64,000 nucleotides of DNA, taken from positions 30,566,001 through 30,630,000 of the forward strand of contig OX597829.1 of assembly GCA_951406725.2 (NCBI GenBank), written 5' to 3'. Shown piece after piece: positions 52,901 through 64,000 of the stretch (its first letter is position 1; every line of letters begins with the position of its first letter). Both the position numbers and the translations under genes were made by a program. The notes beneath the pieces were generated by a model. The model had not been told where the DNA came from. It was given only the letters and a program-made list of their open reading frames with translations, and ran no database searches. The stretch is from Octopus vulgaris (taxonomy: Eukaryota).

Positions 52901-53657
52901 AGAAAAAATATTTTTCGAAAGTTTTTTTTACTAAAAAGATGCTTTTAGGAACACTTTCTAAACACGAAAACTTCACCTGTCGTAAACTGTTGAGATTCAT
53001 TAAATACCATAGAGTTGCATATAAAAAGGTAAGTTTTAGTCATTTTGTTTTGTTTTGTTTTCGGCGGCAATAAAGAAAGAAATTCATAAACATGGTGCTG
53101 AATATGGTTTCACTATGCATAAAGTTAAGTGTGATTTAGCTGTTGTTTAATATTTTCTCCCCATAAACGTATTTAATTGGTACTTCTTAAAGGCAGAGGT
53201 AAAGAATATGTACACCACTCATTTTTGGCGTAACAAAAACCCTAACCCTAACTCTAAACCCTAAACATGGGGTGTACGTATTCTTTACTTTTACCCTACA
53301 TAAATACCAAGGTCTCGACGCATCTATGTAATGATATAAAGGGGCGGATAATCTAGTTTTATCAAAAGTACTGTGACTTCACATAAGTGGTCCCTGTGTA
53401 AGTCAAAACTTAACCCTAACCCCTAACTGGTGAAGGTAAAGAATACGTGCACCACCCGTTTTCTGCATAATCCTGACCCTAACCCTAACAAGTGTGCACT
53501 GTAAAACATCAGATTAAAAACAGACGATACTGCGAGGTAAAAGATCAGAGTGAAAACAGACAATATTGTGGGGGCTCTTACATCATTAACTGTAGTTTTG
53601 GTAAAACTAGATTACCTCCCCTTCATATTATTATGGGACCTCTGTATAGAATTAATT

Positions 53658-53797
53658 GAAATTTAATTTGTCAAAATATTTTTGTCACTTTGAGACCCCG
53701 ACCTGCTTACTGACAAAATTCCATGCAGCACGGAATTTTGTCAGTGAACAGGTCGCGATCTCAAAGCGACAAAAATATTTAGACAAATTGAATTTAA
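53658..53797. repeat. ~140-bp palindrome (MITE-like)
   Basis: AATTTGTCAAAATATTTTTGTCACTTTGAGACCCCGACCTG..ACTGACAAAATTCC / GGAATTTTGTCAGT..CAGGTCGCGATCTCAAAGCGACAAAAATATTTAGACAAATT. Confidence 0.88.
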
Positions 53798-54877
53798 ATG
53801 TTGAAGTGAATTTAATGCTTTTTGTGTGTTTTTAAATGACTTATAAACATCTCCCATGCTGCAATTGTTTTTGTTTCAGTACACAATTTCAGATCAGGTC
53901 ACTTGCTATGCAAGTACATCTCTGTAATTCATTTAATTGAGTAATGGAAAAAAAAAAAGGGTTTAAGAAAAATGAAAATGCCATCTGTATTGTTAAGAAA
54001 GATGCTCCCCTCATTTCCAAGGGCACCACGAAAAAAATTATCTGAAAAACCTCCTGTCAAAACCGACAAGTTCCAACTTGTATGTGCTACCTATTGCTGA
54101 CGTCCGCCTACAGACTGCCACTTTTCATGGCATTACTGTTGTTACTTTCTATTCTTCAGATTTAAGTTGCATTTCGTGTTCAATGAGTTTTCATTTGTTC
54201 AATTATGGTCCGTAAAGTAATAAGAATGTTGTCAATTTAAAAAAAAAAATTATCTTAAGACATGATTATTTTCACTTGTTCACATGTTGACCGAGTATTT
54301 AGTAATGTCCATTTAAAAGCATCCAATTCCTTAAGACTATTCTGCAAAATAGTTATGGCAAGTAATGTAATAACCATTCACTTCAAGTTGGAATTTCTTT
54401 CTGTTCAAACAAACTGTCGTCACTATTGAGTTAGGTCTTGACTCTTAGAGGGATAAACTTTTCCCTAATTCTTTCATTTACACAAACAAATTCCTTTAAA
54501 CACTTTTAAACAATGGAGTACTTCAGTAACACTTTTCTTTTCTTTTTTGCAATTTGCGTAATGTTATTGCTAAAAAATATTGAAAACTGTGAACAAGAAA
54601 TGAGTAAGCTTTGCTCAATTGATCATTGCAAAAGGAAAAAAGTCAAGAGGAATTTTCGGTGTCTTTTCTTTGAAATTAAAGTAGGATTTCTGTGCATTGA
54701 AAAAGTGAAGATTTTTTCCATTGCATTCATTAACAAGAACCATGAGTTGTAGAATGTGGGAGAATTGAAAAATCACAAAACATTTTTTCGCTTTTTTTAA
54801 AAAAAAAGTTCATGACAATTATTTCAACATCAGCTACGATTTGAGCAGAATTTTGTGCACAATATGAGCTAGACGGA

Positions 54878-55110
54878 AGGCGGTGAGCTGGCAGAAATGT
54901 TAGCACGCCTGACAAAATGCTTAGTGGTATTTTGTCTGGCTTTACGTTCTGACTTTGTCTTTCGTCCTTTCAAGGTTGATAAATTAAGTACCAGTTGTGT
55001 ACTGGAGATCAATCTAATCAACTCCCCTCCCCACAAATTTCGGCCCTTACTGGGGTCAATCTAATCGACTCCCCACAAATTTCAGGCCTTGTGCATAGAA
55101 TAGAAAAGAA
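54878..55110 (+). mobile_element. SINE family A variant
   Basis: Family A head and core with a CCCCACAAATTTCAGGCCTTGTG tail that is partly duplicated. Confidence 0.75.
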
Positions 55111-55879
55111 TATGAACTGGTCGGCCAACCCTTCCCAGAATCCTTCAACTGACATTATTTAAATCTATGCACAAAAGTTTGCCATTGTTTGCAAATGCAA
55201 ACATGCCATAAAAAGAGGAAGGCATTTTGGTCGTTCACACTGGAAGAGGAAAGCGGGAGTGGTGAGGGAAGTGGTGTCTTCTTGCAAGTTTATTGAAAGA
55301 TGGGTGAATGTTGAAAGAATGGCCAGTGTGAAAGAACCAATTCTGAGTATACACCTGTAAAAAATAAAAGAAGGGCTCTTGTCCTATTGATCAGACACCT
55401 GTGGCTTTTTCCACAAGTAACGTTTAAAGCACCTCCCTCTATTGGGAATTTTATATTAATTTTTTTCTGTTATTTACTGTGTACACGAACATAAAAACCT
55501 ATTGTATCGTCCAGTTTTTTTGTCTTTTAATGTTATTGTATATACTTTTATGTTTGTATATATTAGTCCTTGTGGCCAATAAAAGAATAAATTATTACTG
55601 CCATGCATTTTATCTAAACACGAAAATTTACTTTCAGTTTTAGAAGCAGAAAATAATGTTGGAAGAAGAGAAGTCATTTCATTCTGAATGACCTCTGCAG
55701 CTAATTTATCTTTTGTAATTCCTGGGGTTGCGGTAAGAGCAGTCTGCCCCAGGTGGCACTTTTGGATCTTCTGTAGGCAATATGTGTTTTTTGTAGGGTC
55801 CGGGGATGGCAAACAGAAGGGATGCCCTCGATGGCATACACTATAGCTATGCTAGTGCTCTCAATAAAGAAATAATATT

Positions 55880-56540
55880 TGTAGAGGTAGTGATGATTCG
55901 AAACCTTAACCGCTGAATAACCAGTCAGACACCATGAGTGAACCCTACACTTTCACATGATTAGTCGGCACCAGCCAAGTAAACTATTGCAACATTGGTG
56001 ACACCCATACAAGAATATGCTTTGTAGGGAGGGGCACGATGTAAAGGTGTCTCCTCCCCTGAAGTAATACAGAAAAACCAAAGAAAAGGGGATAATCTAT
56101 AGAACCTACAGTATTATAACCAAGAAAATCGAATTAATGAGTACGAATCAAATTGAAAAGGCATTAAAACTCATCTGGCAGGGAATTTCTTACCTTGCCA
56201 GAGGAAAAAAATTCGGAACAGTAGAGGTGCAGTTCCGTGATAAAGATCCTGCCAGGCTACACTTGGCAACCTCCTTAAAAACTGATGAGGTGGTACTTCT
56301 GTCCATATACCTTGGAAGAAAAGATAGTGGTCCTCCAAGCCACCAGCACTGCACATAGAATTGGCAAGAGCAAAGCCTGGATATGGTAATCCAGGTGGCC
56401 CCGGAGGACCTGGAAAATATGGTCGAGACCATTACAGTTGAAGATGTAATACTCAGGGTTAGAGTGGAGGGTAGGATCCCTTGCTGCTACAAATGTGGCC
56501 TGAAAGGATACGGGGACGATGCGCATTGCTAGGAAATGAA
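55880..56540 (+). pseudogene. L1/Tx1-like 5' region and ORF1 (gag-like) remnant
   Basis: ORF 56137-56358 plus downstream VILRVRVEGRIPCCYKCGLKG (degenerate zinc knuckle preceded by VEG, typical of Tx1 ORF1); the putative 5' segment recurs at about 61135-61210. Confidence 0.55.
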
Positions 56541-58789
56541 AGTTGACTCTGGGAAATTGCCAAAGTTGCTAAGTTATATTGAACTTGTTCAAAATTTTCA
56601 AATAGACATTCTTAGTGATAAAATGTTCCAAAAAGACATAATCCATCGTTTATAATAAGGATAAATGAAGTCGCCCGGACGTGGGGTCGAGTGGCTTCAT
56701 TTCATTTTTCATTCTATCTTATTTTTACTCATCCTTTTAACGTCCGGGGTTTTTTTTGTCCCCACTTTTGTGTTTTTGTCTGTCTTGTATTGTCCCCTCT
56801 GTGTTTAGGCCCCTGTAGACAATAAGACAATCGACATTGGTGATATCCGACGTTTATCTTTTCACAACAGCGACCCTCGACTGAAGAAAAGGATAGTTAG
56901 ATCATGAAATTCAACGTTCATCACAAAATTTGGTAATGTTCAAACTCAAGAAGCCAGCAAAAGCCATGGAAGTAGATCTGACTCAATCACGTGAACATCA
57001 ACTCGTCACCACCACCATGAAAATGACTGAAGATCAAAGGAGGCAGACACCATTGTTCATTACTTTAACAAAGGATGTCAGCGTGACTACTAAAGACTTA
57101 GACGTAATTTTCGTTTTGTTCGAAGTTGCAGTCAAATCCACTTCTCAACACCGAAGAAAGTCTCTTCTCTTGAATGAATGATTCTTGAGCGAATTTTATC
57201 CCAAGTTCGATGTAATAACTGTATTTAATCTTTTCATATGCGTCGTTCCTACTAATTTGTGTTTAATTACGACAATTTCACACAACATTATGGATATTTT
57301 GTCTTCAAATAGAGATACTTATCCTTCTACTTTCGTCTTGTCTATTTCCTCTGAACTGGCGATTTTTCTTAAGACAATCGAAGATAATATTCAATCTCAG
57401 ATAGACACTCACAATGGCACTCGTCTCGTTATTTTGCTTGCTCGACATACTCATGACCAAAGGACTTCCGAAATCATTTATTTATTGCGTGCACCCACTC
57501 AAACATAGGAAGACTGCAGTTTCTATGTCAATAACTTACTCTCATTATTCATTGGAAGGAAGAACCTTCACCATGTATGCCAATCTTCAACCAATAACCA
57601 ACGCATTATAATCCAACACGGTTGAATGGTACCCAAAAGAAAGCAAACACCTTGGTTATATTTTACAGTTTACTGTAGATATACGGCATATCAAGGGAAC
57701 TAAAAAAAAAATCTACTGCAGAAGCACTATCGCTTCTATATATCAGGATACATTCAAACTTCTTAATCATTGAGAAGCCCGGGTTAATGTCTCCTCAGTT
57801 CTGGAGCCTGTGGGGATATCCAGAAGTGATGGGAGAGACCAGATATCTTACTCTTTGTCCCTGAGTAAGAAGTAGGTGCCTCGTTTGGGATGACACAGAT
57901 CTGTGATGCCTTTGCTCCCTCTCATATCCTGGACGCTGCGGTAAATGGGAGGGTCACTGCTTCCCTTGCCGAACGGAACAAAATCCTTAAGTACTGGGAC
58001 CTGTCAGTGAATCATTTCTTGCAGCTTTTTGCGCTTGAAAAGTTTTGAGGAGTTGGGCCACTAACAGCGAAGGTCTTGGCATTATTGGCGTCTCGCCTTA
58101 CCTAGGTGTCGGATGATGTCCATGAAGGTGCTTGGTTGTTTCAACCCTTAGCCTCGCCATCATCCATGAATCCCGCGAGCGTGTTGCCTTGCTTACCATC
58201 GAACCTCGTTGTGTGCGACTAGTCGAGGCAGTTAGTGTTGAATTTTTTTTTTCTTTCCTCTTATTTCTATTTTTCCCTTTTATTTTCGCTCATGTTGTTT
58301 TCTTCGGTTTGGGATTTGTATTTTAATTTCTGTATTATATATGTTTGATATACATACGTGTTACATATGTAATAGAATAAAACTCATTCATTTAGTCCAA
58401 CGGAAAAATTATATAAATGTGGGGGCAAAATTAGTAACCGCGGAAACATAACTTCTGATTTCTCGTTATTTTCTCCTTATCCATTTGAAATCATTACATT
58501 GCAAATATTACATTATTTTGTACTGTTGCATCATCTTTCGGATTGATAATTAGTCAGCATAGTCGTTGTAAAGTTGAGAGTCCGAAGACAGTCATGTGGC
58601 AGGTTCTCTATTTTCAAGAAATTTGTCCCCAAATTAGACCCGATTTTAACTTAGGGTGCTAATGAAATATCTTGGTAATTTGGTTAATATATAGTTTAAC
58701 TCCCGGTCACTAATAATAATAATAATAATAATAATAAAAGTCTAATATGTTTAAAATGTGTAGAAAACGAATATGAAAACAAAAATTTG

Positions 58790-59510
58790 CGCTAACACGG
58801 AGCACTACCAAACAGTGATATGTTCAGATTGAAACAACGACGGGAAAATGTCTCACTCTTACAATTTTGAAGATAGCACACACAGAAACACAGACACAAA
58901 ATATTGAAAGACTTTGGAGAGACGTGAAAGAATCATTCCAAAAACCAGGAATTCAATCAAGATATCTACAAAAATATCTTGCAAGATATTTATTTATAAC
59001 TAGCAGTATCGCCCGGCGTTGCTCGGGTTTGTAAGGGAAATAACTATATACGCATTTTTAGAGAGTTATAGCCAAAAATTAGCAAAAGAATACATTAAAA
59101 ATGGAAAAAAATGATGGTAAATTTTTTTTTAAATCGTTGACTCATCGTAGACACTTTTAGAGAGTTACTTCCTTTATATAATAGCGAAAAAATGCATTAA
59201 AATGGAAAAAAAATGATGGTAAATTTTGTTTTGAATCGTAGACTCATCGTAGACGCGCGCTAATACCCAGAAGGGCTCGATATGAATCACGACTATAAGA
59301 TACCCGGTTTTGGTTAAACTGCACCGCAAAATGTGGGAGTAGTTAGGAATCTAAATCGTAGGAGACAGACACACAACCTTACTTTTATATATAAAGACTT
59401 CTCAACTTAAAGACAGTCTGGAACAGAAGTTCTTCATAGAGGCAGTCAAGTTATACCTTCCTTTCTCGAATCGTTGCCGTCAAATAATTACCAACCAAGA
59501 CGAAGGTATG
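58790..59510 (+). pseudogene. Merlin/ISXO2-type DDE transposase C-terminal remnant
   Basis: TQNIERLWRDVKESFQKPGIQSRYLQKYLARYLFI|TSQLKDSLEQKFFIEAVKLYLP; the frame is continuous once 59000-59397 is removed. Confidence 0.75.
59000..59397 (-). mobile_element. Non-autonomous Helitron
   Basis: Minus strand starts TCTTTATATATAAAA and ends with the hairpin CCCGAGCAACGCCGGG then CTAG; no TSD. Confidence 0.85.
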
Positions 59511-61787
59511 TATAATGTATGTTTGTGCAAACTTTTGTTTCTATGTTCATTTTCCACACATTTTTTTTTTTTTACACCTGATGAACTAAGCTTTTTTTTT
59601 TTTTTGTTTTGGTGACTGGGTGCTAAACTAGATCCTGAAAGTTATGAGGGAAAAAAATCATCGTGTGAATATTCCGACAATCCTCTTCCCACCCCGTCGG
59701 AAAATATTTTCCCCACAAATTTTTTTTACAATCGTAATCTATGCTGTTTGAAAGGTGTTTAACAATCACTATTCTTTTCGTTGTTGGATTTTGAGTCAGT
59801 TTTTTCTCGCACTAACATCTAATTTGATAATTTTTCAAGTTTCAAAAAGAGTCTAAAATGGGGGTAAAATGAGTAATGTCTAATTTCAATAATTTCTTCT
59901 CTTTAACTGCACGATGAGTAAATATATCACGAAGAGGAGAATCCAGCAGATCGTGAAGAAGTTATAGATAATATTTTGTTGATTTATATTTTATTTATTT
60001 ATTTATTTATTTATTTTTATTTTAGTCGAGTTTCGTTAATTTTACCTCTTTCCTTTGACCTGATATAGTTTTTGTAAAGTAGTGAACATCTGGCTCAGTT
60101 AAAAAAAATACAGTAAAAACACCCCATTTCACTCCACCCTTGTGTTCAATAAAGCTCAGACTCAATTTTTTCAATATAGACAAAAAAAAAAAAAATTGTT
60201 TTTTTTTTCCTTTGTAAAGTTCCAAAAGAAAGGGAAGAAAACTGCGAAACTTTGTATATTGTACGAACTTTTCCTTATGTAGACATCTTAATATTTAATC
60301 TGTTTTCCATGCATGCTTTTTTTCTCTTTATACTTTTATATATAGATTATTTTTTTTTGGCATACCTACACAAGTGTACTCACCCTCCCCCACACCAACT
60401 TTGTTTCCTCATAATTTTCAGAAAAATGGAATTTTCTAATGAAAATTTTCTACCAATATGCTTCAGATGGTATAAATTCATATTATATCGGAATTTGTTG
60501 TGAAAAAATGTTTATGGGTGTGGGGAGATGGGTTTTGGAAAATTCACACGAGTCAGTTTTGTTCAATCATTACTTTCAGAAAAATGGGTTATTGGTTATT
60601 TATTATTTTTTTAATGAAATTTTCAACAAATACCTTTCAGAGTTTGTAGATTGTGACTATATCGGAATTTGATAAGAAAAAGAAAGAAAAAGATGTTGGA
60701 CTTGTACGCATACATACTGATATATTTCACATATATCTACAAAACAGAACTTGATGTTTCGAAAAAATATTTGTGGTGTATGTCGATATGTATGCGTGCA
60801 TCTTTACTATTTTCTTTTTTTATGTCAAATTCCGATATAATCATAATCTACACATGGAAAGGTATTTGTAGAAAACTTCATCAAAAAGGTCCCATTTTTT
60901 TTCTGAAAGTTATAGAGAAATAAAGCTGACTCGTATGAATTTTCTGAAACTCCTCTCCGCACAGTGGAAAATATTTTTCACAACATTTTCTGATGTAATT
61001 GGAATCTACACCATCTGAAGCGTATTTGTAGAACATTTAATTAAAAAATTATCCATTTTTCTGTAGTTAGAAAGAAACAAAATCGATTTATAAGTTTGCT
61101 CTTTTTGCATTCATGTAAAGGACTGGGAGGAGACTACTTGTAGCAGTGATTTAAACCCGTCAGACACCATGAATGAACCACCACAGTTCCACCTGATCGG
61201 TCTACTAAGCAACCAATTAGCCTGAAGCTGTGATGTGAGTTGGCTTTCTAGAATGTTCCTTCTTGTACCCTATAAAGCACCACTTGTAACTCTTCTTAAT
61301 CACGGAATGTTGAAGGCAGTTGAGTGACATGCACCTCCATTCTTGTCATGCTGGCAGTTCCAGACATTTGCAGAGTCATCCCCAGTTTCTCAGACAGACC
61401 CATTCTGATTGTTCACATGGTGTCTCATAAGATGCAGTGCAATTTTTCTTTCTCCCATTATGTAATGATAATAATAATAATAATAATCATTATTATTATT
61501 AATTGTAAATGGTCAACAACAAATATTCTTATGTCTGGCAATAAATATTTCAGTTCACATATTTTGCTTCTGTTATTGTTCCCACAACCAATGAAATATA
61601 CCCATATTGCATCCACAAAGCACCAATGCAGCATAGTCTATGGACCTGAAGACAACATTATGCAGTTTCTGTATACTGATTTTTTTCCCAAACTTATCAC
61701 TGTGTTCAATATTGTATATAAAATTATGTAGTCAACAATCAGCTTCTAAACAACCTCATTCTTTCTTCGTGAAATTAAATATATATA

Positions 61788-62030
61788 TCATCATCATCGT
61801 TTAATGTCTGTTTTCCATGCTGGCATGGGTTGGACAGTTTGACTGAGGTCTGGAAAGTCAGCGGCTGCACCAGGCTCCAATCTGATCTGACAATGTTTCT
61901 ACAGCTGGATGCCCTTCCTAATGCCAACCACTCCTCGAGTGTAGTGGGTGCTTTTTATGTGCCACTGGCATAGGAGCCAATCAGGCAGGCTTGGCATTGA
62001 TCACATTTAGATAGTGCTTTTTATGTACCA
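61788..62030 (-). mobile_element. RTE 3' UTR fragment
   Basis: Reverse complement of the (GAT)n-ending RTE tail. Confidence 0.8.
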
Positions 62031-62049
62031 TATATATATATATTTATGC

Positions 62050-62460
62050 ACAGGCGTGGCTGTGTGGTAAGAAGCTTACTTCCCAACCACATGGTTCCAG
62101 GTTCAGTCCCACCATGTGGCATCTTGAGCAAATGTTTTCTACTATAGCTTCAGGCTGACCAAAGCCTTGTGAGTGGATTTGGTAGGTGGAAACTGAAAAA
62201 AGCCCATTGTATATGTATATATGTATATCTATGTGTGTGCGTCTTTGTGTCTGTTTTTGTCCCCCACCCCACCCACCACCACTTGGCACCAGTGTTGGTG
62301 TGCTTGTGTTCCCATAACTTGGCAGTTCAGCAAAAGTTATCAATAGAATAAGTACTAGGCTTTAAAACAAAAATAAATGCTGAGGTCAATTCATTCAGGT
62401 AGAAAAAAGAATTCAAGGCAGCATGACTTCAGTCTAGTGACTGAAACAAGTAAAAGAATA
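62050..62460 (+). mobile_element. SINE family B
   Basis: Head, core and tail all match family B. Confidence 0.82.
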
Positions 62461-62654
62461 AAAAAATATTTTAGGATTTTGAGGTTAAATAATTTTATAG
62501 AAAGTTAGAAAACACAGCGGCATCTGTGGTATGTATGTAAAAAACACATGACTGGCTCAATGAAGAGCAGAAAACTTAGAGCACACATTGCAAATTCAAA
62601 AAAATCTGCCAACAAAAGTGAAATAGCATATTATTTTTGTGAAATTATACAGGA

Positions 62655-63340
62655 TCTTTTTTCGTTGCTGTCACATTTTGGAATTTTAAAATTAAGTGAA
62701 TATTTTCAAATTTGGTATATTGGTGTAATTTTTCATGCTGAATCAGATTGTTATTCATTTGTTCCAGGAAAATTTTAGAAAAATGTAACAGAGGTTTAAA
62801 GTTTGATCATTTAACCCAGTCAGAAAACAGGATTTGGAAGCTGACATTTTATGTATAATACATATCTATTACAACATTACCGACAACAAACTTTTTGTTT
62901 TCTTTTTCTAAACAAAATAAAAGCAACAGATGATGGAAGTAGCAAGAGATTTTGAAGTTTTAATAATTTTAAATGAATAAAGTAATGTGAAACTTTGGAA
63001 CAGGCAAGGAAAAATCTTCAATGAAATTCTTTTTGCCAAAAAAAACAAAAAAACTTCTGTAGTTCAGTTCATGTAAACAATACAGTTTTTGTAGCAAAAA
63101 TTCAGTCAAAATTTTGCAATACACGAGGGTTAGTTAGGGTTGGGTTTAGGTCAGACCAACCAGTGGATGTCCTGGAGATAATAAACTAGTAACATGCTTT
63201 TAGTGAACATTTTCCTCGAGTTTTTCTGGAACAAGGGAATAACAAAATCAGATACGGCATGAAAACTTGCATCACTATGCCAAATTTGAAACTGTTAACT
63301 AATTTTAAAATTTCAAAATCTGTGACAGCAAGAAAGAGAA
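62655..63340. repeat. Diverged ~140-bp inverted repeats (old DNA transposon ends)
   Basis: GCTGTCACATTTTGGAATTTTAAAATTA...TTCATGCTGAATCAGATTGTTATTC..TTGTTCCAGGAAAA versus TTTTCTGGAACAAGGGAATAACAAAATCAGATACGGCATGAAAA...AATTTTAAAATTTCAAAATCTGTGACAGC. Confidence 0.6.
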
Positions 63341-63759
63341 ATTTTTTACTGTCTGATGATGAGATAATCTAAAACAAATGTTCGAACAAGCATGTAAACA
63401 ATTTAAAAAGTAAAACTTCTTCTGGAAAAATTTCAAAAAAAAAAAAAAAACCCAAGACTATGTTATACTGTAGTAATAGTTCAATTCTTGTAAACAAAAT
63501 TTTTTGTAGTGAAAATTCAAAAACAAGTTCAGAATATAAGACCTTGTCAAAAAAAAAAAAAAAAAGGGTAAAGAAATTACACTTAGTGGGTTTAAACAGA
63601 AAAAAAGAAAATTCCTGCTATAAACTTTTTATTTATTAATTTATGGCTAAAATGACTTTCATTTTCATAATTAGCATACAAAATTACATCAGTACACCAA
63701 TTTTGAAAACAATTGGAACAGAATTTTAAAAATTGAAAACTATGCCAGCAACAGAGACA

Positions 63760-64000
63760 TTACTCTTTTACTCTTTTATTTATTTCAATCATTTGACTTC
63801 GGCCATGCTGGAGCACCGCCTTTAGTCAAGCAAATCGAACCCAGGACTTATTCTTTGTAAGCCTAGTACTTATTCTATCGGTCTCTTTTGCTGAACCGTT
63901 AAGTTATGGGGACATAAACACACCAGCATCGGTTGTCAAGTGATGTTAGGGGGACAAACACACACACACACACATACATATATACGACAAGCTTCTTTCA
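63760..64000 (-). mobile_element. SINE family B, truncated by the window edge
   Basis: Near consensus. Confidence 0.85.

Larger units (their letters stand above)
51520..54108. mobile_element. Non-autonomous TIR element, Merlin-like
   Basis: ~120-bp TIRs (GGCAGACATTAGAGATAGGTAGCATACACAAGTTGGA / TCCAACTTGTATGTGCTACCTATTGCTGACGTCCGCC), GG...CC ends, 8-bp TSD TACAGAAT/TACAGACT. Confidence 0.75.
51330..54865 (-). pseudogene. hAT transposase remnant interrupted by a Merlin-type element
   Basis: C-terminal dimerisation-like LCQYLFSILSCNANVEPVFSI (51365-51500) and upstream AQNSAQ..DVEIIV..KMFCDF..LPHSTTH (54730-54865). Confidence 0.6.

Overview
AT-rich, microsatellite-dense eukaryotic DNA made almost entirely of transposable-element remnants. 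The SINE families and simple-repeat profile most resemble an octopus (cephalopod mollusc) genome; this is inferred from recall, not from a search. I found no intact host gene, and nearly all ORF-track entries are translated microsatellites or SINEs. Retroelements: a 5'-truncated RLE-type (R4/Dong-like) LINE and related elements clustered in (TAA)n arrays (4.2-8.4 kb), RTE, CR1 and L1/Tx1 LINE fragments, and four tRNA-like SINE families. DNA elements: three mariners (one a foldback built from two left ends), two hAT transposase remnants, a Merlin-type TIR element with an 8-bp TSD, a Merlin/ISXO2 transposase fragment split by a non-autonomous Helitron, and several MITEs and palindromes. The most interesting signal is a non-coding, inverted-repeat, Penelope-like family at 1.6-2.0, 16.3-19.95 and 24.3-28.7 kb. 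It carries minimal type-I hammerhead-ribozyme motifs (CTGANGA-G-GTCACA-loop-TGTGAC-GAAA-NNNN-TC) and a ~45-nt tail on the right end only; the two larger copies sit in (TA)n.
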